The notes beneath the pieces are model-generated. The model was not told the DNA's origin, ran no database searches, and saw nothing but the letters and a program-made list of their open reading frames with translations. Source: Sphaerodactylus townsendi (Eukaryota). Taken from it: a stretch of 64,000 nt of DNA. Positions within the stretch are counted from its first letter, which is position 1. Every line of letters begins with the position of its first letter. Shown here piece after piece: positions 1 through 11,600 of the stretch. The stretch lies in assembly GCF_021028975.2 (NCBI RefSeq), contig NC_059428.1, positions 138,756,001 through 138,820,000 on the forward strand, written 5' to 3'. Position numbers and translations under genes: made by a program.

Positions 1-886
1 GACAAATGTAGCATTGCCTACGTCTGAAGCTGAATACAGCGCTCTAAGTGAAACTTGTACAGAGTTACAAGGGGTAAAACAACTGTTAAATGATCTGAAT
101 GTGAAATGTATTGAACCTATAGTTGTTCAGGATGATTCACAAACTTGTATCAGTCTTGCAGAGACTGAGAACATGAAAACCAGAACCAAATACATTGGTG
201 TGAGATGCCAGAATGTAAAAGAGATGGTACAGAACAAAACTATTACTTTAAGTTATGTGGAAAGTCAGAATAATCAAGCTGACCTGTTTACTAAAGCTGA
301 ACCTGAATTGAAATTTGAAAGGATGTTACCATTGTTGGGAATTGTAAAAATAACTGAGTGAATTGTATGTAAGTCTACTAACTAGAATATGAGAAGGGGT
401 GTCATGATATATAAAAAAGAGTGAAAAGTTCACAGAAAAGGTCATTTCAAGTTAGCAGAAAGTTTGCCAACCCAAGAACACAGACAGTCAGTCTAGGGGC
501 AAAAAGTAGCAAAGATTGACCTTTAACACAATTGGTGAGTTCAACAGTAATTCTAGACCAATGAGAGGCTGTTGCGTGGGCGGGGAAAAGTAACCCTGAT
601 GTATGCATTTATATATGCTGAGGATGAGATGAGATAGAGATAAAGTCTGAGTTAAATTCTGTGTGTGTTGAACTTTGTTATTGCTGAAGAGTTCTGTATA
701 GTACAATAGTCTTGTATAGATACACTTATATAACCTTGCAACTGCTAAAGTAAAAGCCTTCCTATGGAAAGAACATCTTGAATGGAGAGTATTCTTTTCC
801 AAGGGTGATAGAAGGTTGCAGTGAGTGCAAGAAGACTTCTCATCTTACCAGAGTGACTCCACTTTATACTCTGCTGATATGCAGCA
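1..886 (+). mobile_element. Ty1/copia LTR retrotransposon 3' end (degenerate RNase H, PPT, 3' LTR)
   Basis: ORF 14-361 has copia RNase H motifs (TSEAEY..LSE, DSQTCI, KYIGVR, QADLFTK); polypurine tract GAGAAGGGG 391-399 then TG start of LTR at 400; CCAAT and TATA-like motifs; probable CA end at 886. Confidence 0.8.
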
Positions 887-1127
887 CCTGGGGTTTCTCA
901 GAAGTGGGAGAAACGAAGGAACCCGGCACCAGCCAGCTCACAGCAAAATCTCAAGCAAGGGAGAGAGCAGCAGGAAACCACCCGAAGGAAGGAGATAAAG
1001 ACCCCGACAGCTGGTGTGTGAACAAAGCGCGAGAGGAGGCCTCTACAAGCACCCCAGCCTCCCTCACTGACCATTTCTGGGCTCTCCCTCCAAGGGCAGA
1101 CCAGGAGCTGTTGCAGTCCTCTGGCAT

Positions 1128-1203
1128 TGTAAACCACCCAGAGCCCTTTGGGGATGGGGCGGTATACTAAATTTAAATAATAACAATAACAATAATAATA
1201 ACA
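1128..1203 (+). mobile_element. LINE/SINE 3' tail fragment with (TAA/CAA)n tail
   Basis: tgtaaaccacccagagccc...gggcggtata followed by AT-rich microsatellite tail. Confidence 0.55.
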
Positions 1204-4200
1204 ACCAGCTAAAGATCTGGCAGCTGTGAAATCTACCATAATAAATTCGAGCAGCCACGCGGAGGCCCTGGCAGGTGCTGCAGGCAGCCGGACCGTCCGC
1301 TGGCTCCCCTTCCTCCCCCCATTGGCAAGCCTTGGCGATGCCCGGCACTCCGCTATTTAACAGCCAGTGTGCATCTAAGTCCCCACACCGTTTCCAGCCT
1401 TTCAGCTGGAGGGCAAGCGCACTGCACTTGCCTACGAATTCCTTTCCCAAAGTATGAACTCAGCGGCTGAGACCGTCTTTGAGAGAAGACCAGCAAGGAG
1501 AGTTGCCAGAACAGGGGGGAGCACTTCCACTCCTGAAGACGCTGTCAACATTTCCCCAAAAGACAGGGAGGAGGACCGCCGCCACACAGGAGAGCTGCCC
1601 CCCCCCCAGTCCAAAGATGACCAGGAACCAGCACCAGGCAGTACTCAGAGCTTGGCAGCATCTCTGGGAATGGAAGGGCTCCTTGGCTCCTCCTCCAGAG
1701 GGGGTGCGTGTGTGTGTGTAGTCAAGGATCCCAAGAAGGGAAGAAGGGGCTGTAGTAGAGGTGAATTGGGGCCCAGAAGAAGAAGCAAGGACAGCCCCCA
1801 GAGGCATACCTGGGGTAAATGGCGCCCAGAAATAAATTGTTTCCAGGATGCCCCCCAGGCTCTGCCCCCACCCCCGCCCCTGTCCCACCCCAGGCTCTGC
1901 TTCCCACTATGGACATGGGCAAGGTCTAGGGTGCCCACCCCCAGCCTCAGTGCTTATAAAAGAAGGTCTCCGAGGCTGGAATTGCAGTCTCTTCTGGCCT
2001 GCCTGGAGGAGAGGTCAGAAGAGACTGCAGGCTGCGAGCCCAGCTGGCAGGGGGGGAAGGAAGAGAGGGTGGAGTCCAGGGAAGGGTTGAGGGCGCCCGG
2101 GGACAAGGGGTACCCCTTGTCCCTAGGCAGATACGCCATTGACAGCCCCCCACCCCCTCCAACCTCTCGAGTGGAAACTCAGCCACAAGTCAGCTTCTCC
2201 CACTACAGATGATCCAATACTGCTCACCTGCAGCATAGAGCAAAAGGGAGCCATGCGCTGGACAAAACACCTGGCAGGCCCATCAGAATATCGGCCAGGA
2301 GAGTCTCAGAGGCAGCCCTGCTGTGGTAGGCCTAAGAACGCAAGAGCGGCCAGGAGGGCACACCTAGTCCACCAGCCATTAGCCCTGGAGAGCAAACAAA
2401 CTAGGGACAGAGGCTGAGGCCTTCCCTGGAGCCACTCCCCAGCACTGGTAGCCAAAGGGCCTCTTCCTCCCTATTTGCCTGCAGCCCCTGTGGCCTGTCT
2501 TCTGTGCCTCTGCCCCAATGCCCCTCCCTCACCCCACGGCAGGCAGAGCGGAGCACCGAAGAGCCCGTGGAGGGGCTGACCACTGTGCCTTCACGCAGCT
2601 CCTCTCCTGCTCGTTTCTGAAGAATGCAGAGCTAACGGAAGTCTGTGGTGGCCTCTGCCCCTTCCTAGAGAGAGTTTGCATCTGACCTGGAATTCCCTCA
2701 CAGGAGCCACCTGGAGCCAGTGAACCCTGCGAAGAAGCGGCCAAAATGCAACACACCTGACCCAAGGCAGCCCCACCTGGCCGGATCCCCCCAGGTTGCA
2801 GAACAAAGCTCTGCTTCCTCCTCACAGCCACCCAGAAGACATTCAAAGCAGGAAGCCCCCCCCCCCCCCCCCGGGTCAAACACACTAATAAACTCTGTAC
2901 CCAGGTCACTCTGCAGGCCCCACCCCAGCTCTGAACTGGAGGGTCTAGGAACTTTCCATTCCCCCCCACCCCCACCCCCACCCCAGTCCCCAGAAAGACA
3001 CACCCAAGAGAAGCTATTTTCAAGGGAAGACTGAAAAGGCCTCAGCCGCAATCTGACGGCAGAGGGGATGGTTGGCCAGGCCCCCAAATGCAAATTCTGA
3101 TACTCTGGGTGTTGGGAGAGAAGGACTTTATGCTGTTAAGCTGTTTCCTGCCTCATCCTACAGAGGGGGTTTTACGAGAGAGCCAGTGGCTAGAGAGGGA
3201 CCTAGGAATCGACACTTTTACTGTATCATGCTGGTGCTAGCCACCCGTGCACTCTGCTAACTCCGAATAGGAATAATCTCCAACTACCAGGAGCTCTTAT
3301 TCCCAACGCTGGGAAGCTCTTTGCTTCACCTGCATCCAGCTTCCATGGGGGGCTGAGCAGAGCTGTCACAGAACCCACCCACCCCACTCGCAGCTGCAGG
3401 GGCGAAGAGCGAAAGTGGGGAGCTCACAGGGAGCCTTGAGCCTGGCCCTCTTCTCTGCCCCAGAGGGAACGAGCACTGCACCGGGGGGTGGGGGTGGGGA
3501 TACAGTGTGCAAAATGCCCTCCTGGCCAGAATTATTTGCTTGGTGCACCAAGTCCCTTGCCAGGACCAGCCAAGTTGTTTGGCTGAGCCAGATGATGCAG
3601 GGTTCCTGGGCGCAATACCTGCCTGGACGGCACCCCAACCTTCAGGTGAAACTGATGCCAGGTGGGATAGGGGAATAAACCCCCTACCTGCTCCAGCAAG
3701 ACAATCTGGTGAGGGAGGGGGCTAGGTGCCACGCCAGGGGCAGGGGACCCCGGCGGCCCAGGGCAAAGCTCTTTTGCCCTCGCAAATGACAAAAGGATGC
3801 CCTTAAAAGGAGGAAATCTGCAGTGGCGACCGCGACTCTGTTGTGTCAGGGTGAGAAGGCAGCAGCTGAGCTGCCGTGGTGGGGGCGAGGGAGGTGCTGC
3901 GAGGGGCTGGGGGGTCCAATTACAGGCCTGTTTCCATACTTAGCCACTCTGCAGCACCACCGGCAGCAGCGGCGGCGGCAGCAGAGAATACAGAGCCCAG
4001 CCAGGGCAGCCGGAGAGACCAAATTAACTCAAGGGCAAGCAAGGGGAACATGGGCAGGCGCACGAAGTGGCCAGCTGCCTGGAAGGGCCCAGCAGACACC
4101 ACCGGGGGCCTGCCCCACCACTGTACGGCACCTGGACACGGGCCCTCAGCGGCTCACCCCTGGCACCGCAGGGGGACCGTATGGACAGCCCAGCACAGTG

Positions 4201-5450
4201 TCTCTGTCTACCAGATCTGGCCCCCTGCGCACTGCCTCTTTCAAAGGGCTTCTGGCCCCAAGGACCACCTCCCCGCAGATGCAGAAGTTCCCCCTCCCCA
4301 CAAGGCCCCCCTCCACCAGTAAAGGCTGAAGCGGCATCCCCATGCATGCTGGCTCCCCCGGTCCATCTAGGCCTGGGTTCTTTGATAAAATTAGGCCCAT
4401 TCCCTCCCCTCGGGGGCTCTTCTGCCCCCCAACCCCAATGGTGCAACGAGCAGCAAAGGAAATGCAGCCGAGAGCCTGCAGGTCGCATGGGGGCAAGCAG
4501 GAGACTCACGCAGCAGGTGGCCCCCCAGAGGAAGGCCAGCAGGGGGGCCCCGGAGGACCAGCGCAATCCCCTTACCTGCCGTTCCAAGGAGCAGGAGCGG
4601 AGCCACACAGCAGCAGAACAGCTGCACGCCCTTCATGGTGGCTGCCAGGAGACCTCTCCCCTCCCACGCTGATGTTGAGGCTCCGGAGGAGCAGGCAGCC
4701 GGCTGGCTTGGCTGCAGGGCCCTGACAACTGGTGCCTGCCACTGGAGCGCCCAAGGCCCCTCCCTGCTGCTCCGGCCCCAGCGTCACTCACAGGAACACA
4801 CCAGGCCCCAAATAGGGAGCGAGGCGGAGGGAGCCCAGGACCGGATGGGTGGGGGTGGGAGAAGTCACGGCCTGCAGTCTGTCTGCAGTGCAGTCCAAGC
4901 TGCTAGTCCTCCTGGACACGGGGCAGTGAGCCTGCGTGGTTTTCAAGGCAAGCAACTAACAGGGCTTTGCTGTGGTGACTGTGGACTCCCTTGGTGGCCT
5001 CCCGGCCAAGCACTTACCAAGGTCAGCCCCGCCTGGAGATCTGACAAGATCTGGATCACCTGAACGGGTCAAGTCGGCCCTTGAAAATGCACGTGGCCGG
5101 CCTTTACAGTGCTAGTGGACTTGTGCTCTGGCCCCAACAAGGAAGGGGGTGGGGGGACCCATTCAGACTTTCAGGAACGAGAGTTCAAAGTTAGGAAGGT
5201 TTGGGGGCAACTGTGAGCCTCAGGAAAAACTGCTTTCCCACTCCACCGGGGCAAAGTCAGGGCTGGGGCGGAGTCTGCTTGAGGTGGAGGGGGGTACGGT
5301 GCCATCTCCCCTCCTGTCACTGTGCTGCTTATCCGGGGGCCACTTACACACTTGAGCCTCTGTTAAAGCTCACATCCTAAAAATGTGTGTGTGCGTGAGA
5401 GAGATTGCATAAATCTTCAGATTGTATAAATCTTTTGTCTTATACTAAAG

Positions 5451-5585
5451 CATAGGTGTCAAACTCGCGGCCCTCCAGATGTTATGGACTACAGTTCCCA
5501 TCATCCCCTGCCAGCATGGTGCTGGCAGGGGATGATGGGAACTGTAGTCCACAACATCTGGAGGGCCGCGAGTTTGACACCTGAG
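5451..5585. mobile_element. Palindromic hAT MITE
   Basis: Near-perfect foldback; perfect 8-bp TSD TACTAAAG at 5443-50 and 5586-93. Confidence 0.88.
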
Positions 5586-6168
5586 TACTAAAGATTTCTG
5601 TGGAGATGCTCTTAAAATGACTAGGAAAAAACCCCATGATATACACACAGCACAGCAAAGACCCCGTTCCTTTTCTTGCTTCCTTTTACTTTTACTTACT
5701 CGCTGGTGGAGGAGCCTCCGCTTGTCATGCAGGAAGCCCAGGGTTCAACCCCTGTAAAAAGGGCCAGACAGGCTGTGTTGCGGAAGGAAGCCCTCTGCCA
5801 GAGACCCTGGAACTGGCTGCTGCCAGTTTGAGCAGATCCTGAAGAACCGAGGGCCGGATTCAGCCCCAGGCAGCTTCGCGTGAGCTCCTCCTCCATGGGT
5901 TCCTTGAGCAGAGAAATGGGGGTGCAGCCCAATCCCCAGCACAGAACGAGACAGCAGCACCCCCTGGTGGACAATGGCAATTTGCTTCTCTCCCCTCCCC
6001 TCTCCCCCCCCCTCCCAATATTCATGCTCCTGAATGTGAATATGGCAGCCTGTTTTCAGAGAGCCACATTGAGTGACCGAGGAGACCCGACATTTTCTCT
6101 GTCTGATAGGTAGGACTGGGCTGCACAAGCAATAATTTGTGTTGGGGACAAAAATGAAGGCATGAGCC

Positions 6169-6538
6169 CAGTGGTGGGATCCAAAAATTTTAGTAACAGG
6201 TTCCCATGGTGGTGGGATTCAAACAGTGGCATAGCGCCAACGGGGCTGGGCGGGACATTCAGGGGGCGGGGCATTGATGGGCAGGGCTGTGGCAAGGATG
6301 CAGCTGCTGCGCCGGTCGGTCCTTGGGTGGGAAACGAATGCACGCAGGTGCAAGCTGCCACACACGCCGGTGCACCTCCTGCTAGACTGCTTCAGGTTCT
6401 GCACGCCACTGCTGTGGAGCGGAGGAGGGGCAAAAATCACGTGGCAAAATCACCAATTAGTAACCCCCTCTCGACACACACAAATAATTAGTAACCTACT
6501 CTCGGGAACCTGTGAGAACCTGCTGGATCCCACCTTTG
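6169..6538. mobile_element. Non-autonomous hAT element
   Basis: TIRs cagtggtgggatcc / ggatcccacctttg; degenerate 8-bp TSD catgagcc/catttgcc. Confidence 0.7.
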
Positions 6539-6976
6539 CATTTGCCCCAGAGAGATACACCCCGTCTGCTCCTTCTGCAAAGGATCCACAATCAGGGGTT
6601 CTTCCCACACCACAACCGCTGGTGATGGCACTGTGGAAGGGCTCTGCCCTGCTCTTCAATCCCACCCGACTAAGAGGTCCTTGCAGCATCCGGGAAAATC
6701 CGCTCAAGCCCCCCCCCCCCCCCCCCCGGAAACACTCGACAGTGACTGGAACATCCTGAAAGAACGTAAAAAGTCAGTTCTGATATTGGAAAGGCAGATG
6801 GGTGTTTGAAGGGTGGATATTCTGGAAGTGAGCAGGCATCTGTGCCCTGGCTCTTTCCGGCCCTTCAGGCACATCTGGAAGCTGGGCTGGAAGGGGATTC
6901 CTTCAAGCTGCATCTTCAGCTGCCCGGGGGTGTGTGTGTGTGTCTAAACCAGCCTAAATACGCTTCTGGGGAACTG

Positions 6977-7237
6977 CTGGGTGGAAGCTTTAAAAGGGGC
7001 TTGGACAGATTGATGGAGGAGAAGTCGATTTATGGCTACCTATCTTGATCCTCTTTGATCTGAGATTGCAAATGCCTTAACAGTCCAGGTGCTCGGGAGC
7101 AACAGCCGCAGAAGGCCATTGCTTTCACATCCTGCATGTGAGCTCCCAATGGCACCTGGTGGGCCACTGCGAGTAGCAGAGAGCTGGACTAGATGGACTC
7201 TGGTCTGATCCAGCTGGCTTGTTCTTATGTTCTTATG
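6977..7237 (+). mobile_element. CR1 LINE 3' end
   Basis: tttaaaaggggcttggacagattgatggaggag...ggtctgatccagc...(ttcttatg)2 tail. Confidence 0.75.
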
Positions 7238-7412
7238 AAGCGTTGTCCTGGAAGGAACTGCTGGTAATAAATGTACATCCATTGCCCACAGACAGGTTGG
7301 CCCCCACAGAAGAGGAGCCTGTGTTACACCCCCCCCCCTCAATTTGCAGGGACTGTGAGATGCCCAAGGATGGAAGAACCCAGTCAAGGAGCTTAAAAAA
7401 CAAAGTACAAAC

Positions 7413-7418
7413 TTTATT
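7413..7418 (-). terminator. TFAP4 poly(A) signal AATAAA (3' UTR ~1.05 kb)
   Basis: TTTATT on + strand ~1 kb past the stop, in a U-rich terminal UTR context. Confidence 0.7.
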
Positions 7419-8442
7419 TTGTTTCTTTACAAAGGCACGTGCCTCTTTTTCCCACTTTTTTAACAAAATATAATAGCATCTCAATGAACACGAAGACCTG
7501 AAAATTGTAAAAAAAAAACAAAAACAACCCCTCCCCCCCCCCCAAACCCAAAACAGAGGAAAGTACTGAGAAGCCGCGGAGGCCGGGGAAGAACCTACCA
7601 AATACCACCAGGCTCTAAACATCACTGGCCTAGATCTACAGCCAAATTGGGGGTGGGGGTGTGGAGGGAGGGGGGGAATGGGGGGGACACAACCAAACGC
7701 TGCGCTCACAGAACAGAAAGGCTCACTGGGGGGGGGACCCCCCAGGACGGCGCAACCTTTAAAGGATGCTCCCTCCCAGATCGCGGAAAGGGCTGAAACC
7801 TGAACCGACCCCTGAGAATGGAGGGAAATGTGTCGTCCCGCCACGATGCAGAGGCCACTGGGGTGCAAGAAAAAGCTTGGCGGGGCAAAAATCACACACT
7901 CTGTGCTTGCTTGGAGGGGTCGCACTGGGAGGCAAACCCCTGCTAGCCCACTCCCCGCCCCTGCAGTGAACGGACCCTGAGGCAGGACTGCCCAGAGCTC
8001 TTCAACAGGGGGCTGTTCTTGAAGCCCGCCTATGGAGGGGGAACGAGGCCCAGGAAGAAGTCCATCTCCCGGGGACGCCATGGCTGGCGCCCAGAACCAT
8101 AATGGAGTGCAAAGCTTCAGATAAGTCACAGGAACCTGCAGGAAGAGTTCATGATCTCAGAGTGGCGACAGGTTCCGGATCAGTCCACCTCCGCACACAG
8201 GACAGGCCCCTGGAAAATTCCATTTCTCCCCCCATTCCACCCCACCCCCCTCGCCCAATGCTTGGCTTGCTTTGAACTGAAGAGGTGGTCTTTCGGCTGT
8301 CCAGGTTCTAGCGCTCCCGTGTACAGTATTGAAGGGTCATAAAAGAGACCCAAATTTCAAGGTATTTTGTAAAAATCTCAGCATACTCCTCTGCAACCCC
8401 CTCCTCTCACCCTCCCGCCCCCGCCCTGTCGCCAGGCCGGTG

Positions 8443-8604
8443 TCAGGGCATCTCGGCCTTGCTGTGATCCATGGTGTCGCTGTCCTCTGCTTCCGAGTCA
8501 GAGGCCGTGTCCGAGTTGGACGGGTCGAGGGTCACCCGGACGGGGGTCACTATGACGGCCCGGCGCTGCTCCTCCTCCTGTGTTCCCTCGATGTGCTGGA
8601 TGGC
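8443..8604 (-). CDS. TFAP4: TFAP4 exon 7 (acidic C-terminus, stop)
   Basis: ctccag|AIQHIEGTQEEEQRRAVIVTPVRVTLDPSNSDTASDSEAEDSDTMDHSKAEMP*. Confidence 0.94.
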   Translation of the reverse strand, partial: AIQHIEGTQEEEQRRAVIVTPVRVTLDPSNSDTASDSEAEDSDTMDHSKAEMP

Positions 8605-11600
8605 CTGGAGGTGGGGGGGGGGGGGAGAGAGCAGAGCAGATGAGGTGCTGGGGTCTGATGCTCAGCAGCTGCTCCTGAGGGGCCTACCAAGGCTTCCCCT
8701 GGGGCCCACAGTCGGCTTGGAAGAGGTGGGACACGAGTTTGGAAGAGGTGTGACACAATGCAGCCAGTGGCGGCGGCGGCAGAAATCCCTGGCTCAGGAG
8801 TCCACATTTCCAAGCCTCCACCTGGGCCAGGATCTCAGACAGCAGCCCTTCAGGCAAGCCGCCTGGTTATAATCCCCAGGCACAATACAAGGAGAGTCGT
8901 GGCTGAGGGGTCAGGTGGCCTGAAATAATGCATTCAAAAGTTTCTGCTGCTTTTTTTTATCCCCTTGCTTGTGAGAGAGCAAATTCCAAGCGAAGACGAT
9001 GACTTTGGATTTATGCTCCTGCCCCTTCTCTCCTGTAAGGAGACTCAAGGTGGTCTGCAAACTCCTCTCCCCTCCTCGTGAGACCCCTTGTGAGGCAGGT
9101 GACTGGCCAAGGTCACCCAGCAGGAACGCAGGAGCGGGGAAACACATCCAGTGGGGAATCAAAACTCGGTTCTCCAGATGAGAGCCCGTCTTCTCGTAAC
9201 CACGATACCTGGCTGGTTCTAGAACCAGAAATGCTATTCATTCTGAAGAGAAACAAAGATTGTTTCCCCGCCAGGCCTGGGTTTGTTGCTGATGGGGTCC
9301 TCCCCCCTCCCAGTTCCACGTGCCCTCCTGTGGCTCTTGTGTACCTTCCAGCATCTCTGCTGTCTGCAGTCTAAGCCGGCTTTACTACATAGGTTGTAGC
9401 AAAGCCAGGGTGGCGGCCTCCAGGATGGCTACAGGCCTTGCCCAAATTGCTGCGATTTCCCATCTGCAGCCCACCCACCCCCATGCCTTTTTGTTTATTA
9501 ATGTTTTTAAAACAGCGATTTGTCAATTGCCAATTAATCCCCCCCCCCGGGGGAGGGGGGTGTCTGTGTGGTGGTGGTGGTGGTGGTGGTGGTGGTGGTG
9601 ATGGGGAGCAATGGCCATTGCAGGGAAGGCGCAGCCTTGTTCTGCCTGCATTTGACTTGACAGCCACAGTGGGCGACAAGAACACCACAGAAGTTTGTTG
9701 CTGGGTCGAAGTGACTTGAAGCCCTTTGTTTCCTGATTTGGTGAGCAACTGAAAGGTTTTAACCTCTGGCAAAAGTTGCCATAATAATCACCTTCCCCCA
9801 GACTCTCCTCATGCACCAGGAGGAAGCTGGAGGTTGAAAGACCCCTTGCCTTATAGAGGCCCACTAAAAAACCTTCAAGCCTCCCTGGGCAACCGGGGGG
9901 GGGGGGGGGGGGAAGCTCTCTGTGGCCCAGACATTCTTCTAGAGCAGGGGTGTCAAACTCACGGCCCTCCAGATGTTCATGAACTACAATTCCCATCAGT
10001 CCCTCCCAACGTGAGCATTGGCTATGCTGGCAAGTGCTGATGGGAATTGTAGTTCATGAACATCTGGAGGGCCGCGAGTTTAACGCCTGTGTTTTAGAGC
10101 ATTCTACCACCCAAGCACAGTTGCCCAGACGTTAGTCCTCTACGCAAATTCTGTCCAAAAACTTGGGTCTTCCTGTGTGTGCATGTAAACCATTATCAAG
10201 TTGCAGCCAACTTATGGCAACCCTGTAGCGTTTTCAAAGCAAGAGGCAAACAGAGGGGGTTTTCCATTGGCGGCCTCTGCATAACAACCCTGGGCTTCCT
10301 TAACAGTCTCCCATCCAAGTCCCAACAACACCTGACCCTCCTTCGCTTCCAAGAGATCTGATGAGATCAAGTCAAGGCCTGTTGTCTTGCTACAACTTCC
10401 AGGTTTACTGGATAAAAATGTGAAAAGCAATTCAAATGCCCCCACGAATAACAATGATAATAAAAATCCCACATTCAATTGCAAGTAAACATAGTGGGGG
10501 AGCTGCAACTGGCCAGACTTGCCCACTAAATATGTATTAGGATGTTGTGGGGTTTCCGAGGTGTATGGCCGTGTCCCAGCAGCATTTTCTCCTGACATTT
10601 CGCCTGCATCTGTGTCTGGCATCTAAAGATGATCTTCTGAAGATGCCAGCCACAGATGCAGGTGAAATGTCAGGAGAGAATGCTACTGGAACACAGCTAT
10701 ACAACCCAGAAAACCCTCAACACCCTAGCGATTCCAGCCACGAAAGCCTTTGACAGTACAAATATGCTTTGTTTCTTTTTTTAAAAAAGAGACATGCAAA
10801 GGCTGCACACCGTGTCTCCCAGGACGTGTGAAGCAGTCCAGCTGTACGGAGGAGGAACGTTGCTTGAGGCCTGCCTGGGGAGCCGTCCCCGCCAGCATCT
10901 AGCTTGGTCTGTTTGATCCTCTGTCCGCTGCCTTTTGGGAAGGCACAGGATGTGACCTGCCGTTGGACTCTCCAAGAGCAGACCCTGCCCCCTGGAAAGC
11001 GGCCAATCCCTCACCCCCTTTACCTGAACGATGGTATCCAGGTTTTGCCTGGATGTTGAGATAGTGTTGATCACGGAGGACGGGCCCATGGTTACCACAG
11101 TGACGTGGTGGGAGGGCGGTGGGGCCGGCACAATCACGGTCGGGTGGTGGGTGGGTGCTGGAGGGCCGTGCACAGGCAAGAGCTGGAACAGAGAGAAAGC
11201 CGTTCAGAACTAGGGCAAGGAAGGGAGCTCGGGTGGGGCAAAGCAAGCCCCCTGAGAGAAGCCAGAGCAAGGGTTCTCTCCAAGTGACCCAACCCCCACA
11301 TGTGCCTGGGGCCGGAGGGGACTCGAGCCTTCCCACTGCCTTCAAGCAGGGCTCCTTGTCATGTGAAGTCTGAGGCTTCCTCCAATTTAACCCGTGGAAG
11401 GTGGCCAAGAGGTGCTTCATGCCTGGGGGGTTCTGAAATCCTGCAGAGGACCGTGATGCTCCTCAGACCCACTCAGCACCCCCCCCCCCAATCCAACACT
11501 GGTTCAGGAGAGACCCAAAGAGGCCCACCAGACCCCTAGAAACACCCCCACGTGTCCTCACATGACTGCACAAGAGAAGGGAGTTTGGGGTTATTTATTG

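Noticed and set aside
9371-9996. Poly-His / poly-Pro / poly-Trp ORFs
   Set aside because: Translations of the (GTG)n microsatellite
10305-10372. 5S rRNA gene
   Set aside because: Diverged and fused to a SINE body, so it is a 5S-derived SINE head
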